Positions 58,208-64,000 of a stretch of DNA of 64,000 bases are shown here, piece by piece. Source of the DNA: Candidatus Yonathbacteria bacterium RIFCSPHIGHO2_02_FULL_44_14 (GTDB lineage: Bacteria; Patescibacteriota; Minisyncoccia; Phycocordibacterales; UBA1550); contig MHUT01000018.1 of the NCBI GenBank assembly GCA_001823535.1, positions 55,628-119,627 of the forward strand, written 5' to 3'. Within the stretch, counting starts at the first letter, position 1; each line of letters opens with the position of its first letter. The notes beneath the pieces were generated by a model. The model had not been told where the DNA came from, ran no database searches, and saw nothing but the letters and a program-made list of their open reading frames with translations. A program made the position numbers and the translations under genes.

Positions 58208-59146
58208 CTAAAACTGCTTCACTTTGGCCCTGCAATCGGTGGGACAATTGAGGACTGTCTCCCCTGCATCACAGACGCTATTAATGACACAAACTGGAGC
58301 AGGATCCTCTACAACAACATTTTTGGAATCAAAACCCACACCGCAATCCAAACGATAAGAATACGTACCCGCTAGAGAAAGATTCCCTGTGGGAACATTA
58401 GTTCCCGATGATGCTTTTGCTCCCGACCAGCTTCCTGATGCAATACATGCGGTTGGAGGAGTTGTGGTCCATGAAAGAGTCGTCCCGGTGCCCGTTTGGA
58501 TAGTAGTGGCAGCAGGAACAATTAGAACGGTAACGGTAGGAATAGGAAGATGCACACCATTTGCGCCGGCAGAGATCGGAGCAAAGTCAATCCAACCTAC
58601 AACGTCTGAACCCCACGCGTAGCTTGAGAAGACTCCAGTTGCGGGAGCGACTGTCACGCCGTACGATGCGCCACTATCGCTGGTATCTTTTGAAAGCTTA
58701 ATCCAGCCATTCCATCCATCAGTTCTGCTTGCTCCCGTACAATCACCGTTGACCGTTCCCGCACACGCACGCGCCCAACCGGTAACCGTATCATCTGCCT
58801 CAAGGCGAGCTCCGTGATTTGGCACACTCGGATAACCGCTTAAAGGTGCCAAATTAATCCAACCGATATTCTCACTCCATGCGTATCCAGAAAAATCTCC
58901 CGTAGCTGCGCTGACACTTACACCATAGTTGCTCGTTCCGCACGAGCTGTCGTTTGTGCAACTAAAACTGACCCAGCCTATTGTCTCGCTCCATGCCCAC
59001 CCAGACACTGGGCCAGATACAGAAACGGCTTCAGCCTTCGGTGTTTCAAAAAAATTCGGATCTGTAATATAACCTGCGAAAACAACCGCTCCCACCACTG
59101 CGACGGTGAGAATATTTCGTAATTGGTAAATAAAAAATATTTTCAT
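58208..59146 (-). CDS. secreted repeat protein (three AWSENIGW-type repeats, Cys-rich C-terminus)
   Basis: Signal/TM, repeats SGWAWSETIGWVSF / SGYAWSENIGWINL / SSYAWGSDVVGWIDF. Confidence 0.4.
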   Translation of the reverse strand: MKIFFIYQLRNILTVAVVGAVVFAGYITDPNFFETPKAEAVSVSGPVSGWAWSETIGWVSFSCTNDSSCGTSNYGVSVSAATGDFSGYAWSENIGWINLAPLSGYPSVPNHGARLEADDTVTGWARACAGTVNGDCTGASRTDGWNGWIKLSKDTSDSGASYGVTVAPATGVFSSYAWGSDVVGWIDFAPISAGANGVHLPIPTVTVLIVPAATTIQTGTGTTLSWTTTPPTACIASGSWSGAKASSGTNVPTGNLSLAGTYSYRLDCGVGFDSKNVVVEDPAPVCVINSVCDAGETVLNCPTDCRAKVKQF

Positions 59147-59187
59147 ACTAAACAGTATATCACTTTATTTTATACTACCATAAATTA

Positions 59188-60006
59188 TCAATCAATACAT
59201 GTTACAACACAGGACCCTTTGTAATAGCTTATAGTCCATGTGCCATTATATGTGCCAGATACACCGCAAGCATCGCCACCGTTTGCAGCCCCGAAATAAC
59301 CCATAAAACAGGCTTTGTGCACGCCAGGATTTGCACCAGCACTGTACGTGGTCACATTTGAGAAACCGCCGCCACTACCGCTTGCAGATGTCCATGCTGT
59401 TCCGTTGCAAAACTCAGGGGCGTGCGTCGTGTAATTGTAGCGCTGAGTGCCTTCGGTCGAAGCGCTACAAACGGTAACCTGTGTCTCACTTCCCGTTCGC
59501 ACGCCACCCGCGACATCAAGTTTTACATTAGGGTTACCCTTTCCAATGCCGACATTTCCTGAATTCATAAGTGTCATAATTTCAGTAGTGGTGTCATTAA
59601 AAAAAGAAGTACGCCCGCCCACTGAAATATTTCTAATCGTGAACCATTTATCGATACCGCCATCAGACCAAATATTCCCATAAAGATCTCCAAACCCTAT
59701 ATTCCCGAGGATTGGGTCAGGGCTTTTAATTTGAAGTTGGCTTGAAGGGTTCGTCGTCCCTATGCCGACCTTGCCGTCAAATATCGCATTACTGTACCCT
59801 CGAATCAATCCTTCAATTCCAAGCCCTCCTGTGTGTGCAGTAGGATCACCTTTGTACTGGGATGTTCCGCTCACATTAATAGGCGCCGCGACATTCCCCA
59901 CAGGAGGTGTGGCTGTGGGTACTGTCCATGCAAAAGCGTAACCTACCCCAATAGAAAGGGTCAGCGCAACGAGAACGATTTTTAAGAATTGGTTGATATT
60001 TTTCAT
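59188..60006 (-). CDS. secreted fibre-like protein, paralogue of 45125..46294 N-terminal region
   Basis: Signal peptide then AWTVPTATPPVGNVAAPIN, plus GKVGIGTTNPSSQLQIK / GNVGIGKGNPNVKLDVAG tail-fibre-like repeats. Confidence 0.45.
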   Translation of the reverse strand: MKNINQFLKIVLVALTLSIGVGYAFAWTVPTATPPVGNVAAPINVSGTSQYKGDPTAHTGGLGIEGLIRGYSNAIFDGKVGIGTTNPSSQLQIKSPDPILGNIGFGDLYGNIWSDGGIDKWFTIRNISVGGRTSFFNDTTTEIMTLMNSGNVGIGKGNPNVKLDVAGGVRTGSETQVTVCSASTEGTQRYNYTTHAPEFCNGTAWTSASGSGGGFSNVTTYSAGANPGVHKACFMGYFGAANGGDACGVSGTYNGTWTISYYKGSCVVTCID

Positions 60007-60015
60007 GATTATTTG

Positions 60016-60405
60016 TTACTTGTTTGCTGCCGAGCGCATTGCATCTAATTCTAGGACTTGCTGTTCCGCTGTTTCTCCAGTATTTACTGATGTTGTTTTT
60101 TGTTTTACTCGCACAGAATCGAGATTTCTCACTTGATCTTTCATTGTGATTGTTGGTTGTGATATGTTGAGTCCTTGATATTGCGCTCGTAGTTTGTCTA
60201 ATTCTTCGTTCTGATATTTTAACAACTGCTCTGTTTCCGTTGGTTCTGTTGACAACACACTATCTGATCCTCCAGCGGTTCTCCTATCGATAGTTTGATG
60301 ATACCGGTAGTACGCCACAATAACAGCAATAAAAATCACACTAACGAGGATAATTGTTAAAAGTTTTTTCTTGCCTTCACCTGCTATTATGTTTTCGTTG
60401 TCCAC
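60016..60405 (-). CDS. membrane-anchored hypothetical protein (129 aa, GTG start)
   Basis: Single TM then coiled-coil-prone region. A G10 homopolymer lies 24 nt upstream on the coding strand. Confidence 0.35.
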   Translation of the reverse strand: MDNENIIAGEGKKKLLTIILVSVIFIAVIVAYYRYHQTIDRRTAGGSDSVLSTEPTETEQLLKYQNEELDKLRAQYQGLNISQPTITMKDQVRNLDSVRVKQKTTSVNTGETAEQQVLELDAMRSAANK

Positions 60406-60583
60406 GCGTTAAGTATACATTTATGTTGCCCCCCCCCCGCAATAAAATTTACAAAATTGGTGTGTATAACTTTTTGGGCTACTTTCGTAGGAAATCTGAA
60501 TATTCAGAAGATAGAACCCTGGCTTACGCCACATGGTATTGATGTGGAATGAATTTCAGCACTCCAATAACACCCAACAAACT

Positions 60584-60625
60584 ACTATCCCCAATTCCTA
60601 GCTATAGCCAGGAATTGGGGATAGT
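60584..60625. repeat. 42-bp palindrome A downstream of the PaaX-like gene
   Basis: ACTATCCCCAATTCCTAGCTA|TAGCCAGGAATTGGGGATAGT (one mismatch). Confidence 0.6.
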
Positions 60626-60657
60626 AGTAATAGTGGAAAATTGACAAAAAGGAGAAC

Positions 60658-61209
60658 CTAGAAAACACCAAAGTGTTCCTTAAGTTTTCGCACTCCTTCG
60701 ATCTCTTTTGCTTTGATATAGATAATATAGTCACGAACATCGAAAAATTCTCCGATGAAATCAACTTCATCTTTACAGAGATATGGCGACACAAAAACAG
60801 ATTTCTGAATTGGATACAGACCAAGCTCTTTAATCTTTCGACTCACCGCACTGCGTGCTCTCCTTTTTTGCTCCGGAATATCGAACATCACGATACGCCA
60901 CCAGCCGTCCCATTTTGGTGGTACTTTGAGTTTCATGTCGTCAAGATTGTATTCAAGAACTTTTTTCTGGCCTGCTCTAGTGATTTCTACAACTTCGTTG
61001 CCATTTTTTGTGTAGATATTTATAAGTTTCTTCTCTTGAAGACTTCTAATTGTGCGCTTAATTCGATATCGATCTCGTGCTCCTTTAGGCTTAAACAGTG
61101 GCACTATTTTAGTAAGCCCTGGCATTGCAAGACATGCAATAATAAAACCTCCGAGCGCAAGCCCCTTTAATATTTCCTTTGCGAGTTCGCCATTTTGATA
61201 ATCCCTCAT
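60658..61209 (-). CDS. wHTH + Cas2-fold protein (PaaX-like regulator architecture)
   Basis: C-terminal WWRIVMFDIPEQKRRARSAVSRKIKELGLYPIQKSVFVSPYLC matches the Cas2 beta1-alpha1-beta2 signature. The N-terminal 100 aa contains a winged-helix-like segment. 183 aa. Confidence 0.45.
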   Translation of the reverse strand: MRDYQNGELAKEILKGLALGGFIIACLAMPGLTKIVPLFKPKGARDRYRIKRTIRSLQEKKLINIYTKNGNEVVEITRAGQKKVLEYNLDDMKLKVPPKWDGWWRIVMFDIPEQKRRARSAVSRKIKELGLYPIQKSVFVSPYLCKDEVDFIGEFFDVRDYIIYIKAKEIEGVRKLKEHFGVF

Positions 61210-61225
61210 TACCTTTTCAGCATAC

Positions 61226-61273
61226 CATACTATCCCAAAATTCTAGCTATAGCTAGAATTTTGGGATAGTATG
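61226..61273. repeat. 48-bp perfect palindrome B immediately upstream of the PaaX-like gene
   Basis: CATACTATCCCAAAATTCTAGCTA|TAGCTAGAATTTTGGGATAGTATG. Related to palindrome A with symmetric (compensatory) differences. Confidence 0.6.
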
Positions 61274-61366
61274 TTGTCGGTACTATTACTGCTAAACATA
61301 TCGACATACCTGAGAAATAATAAAAGCCAATCTGCTGTACAGCAGATTGGCTTTTATTATTTGTTG

Positions 61367-62206
61367 CTACTTCGAGCGCTTGGTCTTGCGACGGGCGACA
61401 ATGAGATTGTTTGAGTACTTCTTTGGCGAGCGTGTCTTCCTACCTCCTGTTACCTTTCCGTGCTTTGTCTTTGGACGCTTTGTACCGCGACCCTGACGTC
61501 CTTCACCTCCACCGTATGGGTGGTCTACAGGGTTCATCGCTGAACCACGAACTGTTGGGCGAATACCGAGCCAACGGTTACGTCCAGCTTTTCCAATATT
61601 ACGGTGCTTATATTCTTCGTTGGAAACAGCGCCGATTGATGCCCATACGTTTTCTGAAACTTTTCGAATCTCGCCTGAAGGCATTTTCAAATGGCTCTGT
61701 CCTCTGTCGTTTGCAACCACTTCAGCGTAGTTTCCTGCTGAACGCGCGATGCGTGCACCACCGTTCGGCTGAAGTTCAACATTGTAAACAAACGTACCAA
61801 CAGGGACTTTGCGTAAAATCGTACGATTACCTGGCTTTAGAGGAGCATCTTCAGCAATAAGAATACTATCGCCAACCTTTATTCCCTGAGGAAGGAGGTT
61901 ATAGCGACGCTCGCCGTCCGCATAGCAAATCACGCCAATAAAACCAGAGCGATTTGGATCGTACTCAACGGTCTCAACTTTTGAGGGAATGCCGATCTTA
62001 TCAAAACGAAAATCAATTTCACGGAAGGAACGCTTGTGTCCGCCTCCCTTGTGTTGAGTAGTGATGCGACCAAACGCATTGCGTCCAGAACCACGACGGA
62101 AACCAGTCGTGAGTGCCTTCAAAGGCTCGTTGGTTGTGAGTACGCTACGGTATGACACGATGGCCGTGTGGCGATTTGAGGGGGTTGTTGGTTTAAATTT
62201 TTTCAT
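61367..62206 (-). CDS. rplB: 50S ribosomal protein L2
   Basis: 279 aa, conserved GGGHKR / HPVDHP-like motifs (NPVDHPYGGGEGR). Confidence 0.9.
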   Translation of the reverse strand: MKKFKPTTPSNRHTAIVSYRSVLTTNEPLKALTTGFRRGSGRNAFGRITTQHKGGGHKRSFREIDFRFDKIGIPSKVETVEYDPNRSGFIGVICYADGERRYNLLPQGIKVGDSILIAEDAPLKPGNRTILRKVPVGTFVYNVELQPNGGARIARSAGNYAEVVANDRGQSHLKMPSGEIRKVSENVWASIGAVSNEEYKHRNIGKAGRNRWLGIRPTVRGSAMNPVDHPYGGGEGRQGRGTKRPKTKHGKVTGGRKTRSPKKYSNNLIVARRKTKRSK

Positions 62207-62208
62207 AT

Positions 62209-62562
62209 TTATAGAATCTCAATCTTATCACCTTTTTTTAGCGTGACCAACGCCTTGCGAAGACCTGACTTCACACCCTTGCGATTGCGCACAAACACAC
62301 GTGTATCAGGAAGATTTATAATATTCACACGTGCTGGTGTCACATTGTAAAGCGCCTGAATTGCCTTTGCTATCTCAATCTTGTTTGTGTTCTGCGCAAC
62401 CTCGAATACATAGGTACCCTTTTCAGCAAGAATAGCCGCTTTCTCGGTAATATGTGGGCGAACAATAGCGTTCACGCGCTCCCCGAGAGGGCTTCCTTCT
62501 TTCTTAACTTTAGCAACCTTTGGTGCTTTAGCTTCTTTTGTTGTTTTCTTGAAAATAGCCAT
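62209..62562 (-). CDS. rplW: 50S ribosomal protein L23
   Basis: Conserved L23 core after a Lys-rich N-terminal extension. Confidence 0.85.
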   Translation of the reverse strand: MAIFKKTTKEAKAPKVAKVKKEGSPLGERVNAIVRPHITEKAAILAEKGTYVFEVAQNTNKIEIAKAIQALYNVTPARVNIINLPDTRVFVRNRKGVKSGLRKALVTLKKGDKIEIL

Positions 62563-62573
62563 GATGGTATGAG

Positions 62574-63260
62574 TTACTTGGTAGCGACGGCAGCTACTGA
62601 TGGTAGTTTGCCTTCGATAAAACTAATAGCTTTCTCTGGGCTCACAATAACGACGTATTTGTGGTTCAAGAGGTCGATAGGGTTCATATTCTCCACTGCA
62701 TCGAAATCAATGTTCCCAAAGTTTGAAAAACTCTTGCTTACAGCTTCAGACTTTTCTCCTGTAGCAAAGTATGCCGCATTTTTCCTTTTGGTGAGCATTT
62801 TTTCAAAGCCCTTCACGGAAGACAGGGCAGAGAGGATTCCCTTTGCCTCAGCAGTCTTTGGAGATTTCATAGAAATAGTATCAATGAAGAGAACTTCACC
62901 GTTACGGAACTTCTCTGAAAGAACAGTGTAGAGCGCCTTTGCGCGAACTTTCTTGTTGATCTTCTTTGAGTAATCCTTTTCGTTCATTGGGCCGTGTGTA
63001 ACTCCACCATGACGCCAAATTGGTGAACGGGATGAACCGTGACGAGCGCGACCAGTACCCTTCTGAGCCCATGGCTTCTTGCCACCGCCAGACACTGCAC
63101 TGCGGTCTTTCACCTGAGCTGTAGACATACGCGCATTTGAGCGCATAGACTCAACAACCTGGTGAACCAAGTCAGCATTCCACGAGAGGCCCCATACCTT
63201 TTCATTCAAAGCAAGTTTCCCTGCCTCCTTTCCTTTTGTATTGTAAATTGTTGCTTCCAT
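62574..63260 (-). CDS. rplD: 50S ribosomal protein L4
   Basis: 228 aa, KKPWAQKGTGRARHGS motif. Confidence 0.9.
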   Translation of the reverse strand: MEATIYNTKGKEAGKLALNEKVWGLSWNADLVHQVVESMRSNARMSTAQVKDRSAVSGGGKKPWAQKGTGRARHGSSRSPIWRHGGVTHGPMNEKDYSKKINKKVRAKALYTVLSEKFRNGEVLFIDTISMKSPKTAEAKGILSALSSVKGFEKMLTKRKNAAYFATGEKSEAVSKSFSNFGNIDFDAVENMNPIDLLNHKYVVIVSPEKAISFIEGKLPSVAAVATK

Positions 63261-63265
63261 GATAT

Positions 63266-63916
63266 TTATTTAGCTTTAGCGCTTAGCGTTACAGGATTGG
63301 ACTTTATCTCGAGGAGTGCTCCCTTAACACCTGGCACACAGCCAGATACTAGAATCTTCCCATTAGTAGTATCGACCCCGAGCACACGCAAACCTTTTAC
63401 GGTAATACGCTCACCGCCCATACGTCCGGCCATACGACGACCTTTTGAAATCTTCTGCTGTCCTGTTGAACCAATAGAACCTGGCTCACGCTCAGAGTGC
63501 TTCTGTCCGTGAGTACGTGAACCTCCATGAAAACCATGGCGTTTCACTACACCTTGGAAGCCCTTACCCTTTGATGTACCTGAGATTGTTACCTCATCGC
63601 CTATTTCAAAAAGTGATGCATCGATAGTATCGCCTTTCTTCCATGAACTAGAGTCTTCAACGCGAAACTCTCGTATTGTCATAAAGAGACCGAGGTCCTT
63701 TGTGTGTCCCTGAACTGCCTTTGAGATGTTTTTTAGAGCGCGAGTCCCGAAGCCCATTTGAATAGCTTCGTACCCATCGCTTGCTTTCGATTTAACCTGT
63801 GTGATAGACACGGGTCCGACCGAAAGAAGGGTTGCAGCAGTTGCACGCCCGTCGGAGCCGACGAACGAGAACATGCCTTCTTTTTTTCCTAGAATAAATT
63901 TCATATCGGTAACCAT
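63266..63916 (-). CDS. rplC: 50S ribosomal protein L3
   Basis: 216 aa, conserved L3 core (FQGVVKRHGFHGG). Confidence 0.9.
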   Translation of the reverse strand: MVTDMKFILGKKEGMFSFVGSDGRATAATLLSVGPVSITQVKSKASDGYEAIQMGFGTRALKNISKAVQGHTKDLGLFMTIREFRVEDSSSWKKGDTIDASLFEIGDEVTISGTSKGKGFQGVVKRHGFHGGSRTHGQKHSEREPGSIGSTGQQKISKGRRMAGRMGGERITVKGLRVLGVDTTNGKILVSGCVPGVKGALLEIKSNPVTLSAKAK

Positions 63917-64000
63917 TGCAACCTCAGCGGGTTGTTGGTGTTTTAATTAATAATTTTAACGAGTGAAGCGAGATTTAAATTTTACCCAGCCCCACTTCTA

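Noticed and set aside
60658-61209. Cas2-like C-terminal domain suggesting a CRISPR-Cas locus
   Set aside because: No direct-repeat/spacer array and no cas1 or other cas genes anywhere in the window. The architecture (wHTH + Cas2-fold) fits PaaX-like regulators instead.

Overview
This window looks like a small, streamlined bacterial genome, most plausibly Candidate Phyla Radiation / Patescibacteria; the strongest single hint is that the r-protein cluster lacks L30 between S5 and L15. The core content is as follows.

- **Left end (1-12.7 kb):** a partial ligA, then a complete minus-strand type IV pilus / competence locus. This comprises pseudopilins, the PilD prepilin peptidase, two PilA-like pilins, PilC, PilT, a CheY-like receiver, PilB and PilMNO, with a divergent ComFC.
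- **Middle:** tRNA-Ser(GCT), pgsA-like, an M3 peptidase, recG, tRNA-Ile(TAT), a VanY-like peptidase, VKOR, ftsH and smpB, then a tmRNA (ssrA) that the ORF track cannot show. Further on are pyrH, infC-rpmI-rplT, ndk, a RelE/RelB-like TA pair, a large P-loop ATPase and secreted fibre-like proteins.
- **Right end (47.5-64 kb):** the spc/S10 ribosomal operons with secY-adk-map, all on the minus strand.

The main hunt result is a low-GC accessory island inserted at the ssrA 3' end (about 23.8-32 kb). It carries a large serine recombinase, iteron-like tandem repeats, a secreted S1 protease and a three-gene operon. That operon has the order effector-like / ~100-aa protein / coiled-coil ABC ATPase, which matches ABC-3C-type conflict systems. 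It is followed by a perfect 64-bp palindrome and a tandem array of ~140-nt structured repeats whose stems carry compensatory base changes, making it a candidate new ncRNA family.

Two insertions also interrupt the otherwise universally contiguous ribosomal protein operons:
- about 1.15 kb between rplE and rpsN, containing nested long hairpins and a terminator;
- about 3.4 kb between rpsS and rplB, encoding secreted repeat proteins behind a G10 tract and a wHTH + Cas2-fold (PaaX-like) protein flanked by two covarying long palindromes.

A recurring CCCAGCC(C)C-based long hairpin sits in several r-protein leaders, and both tRNAs are flanked by partial duplications of their own ends.
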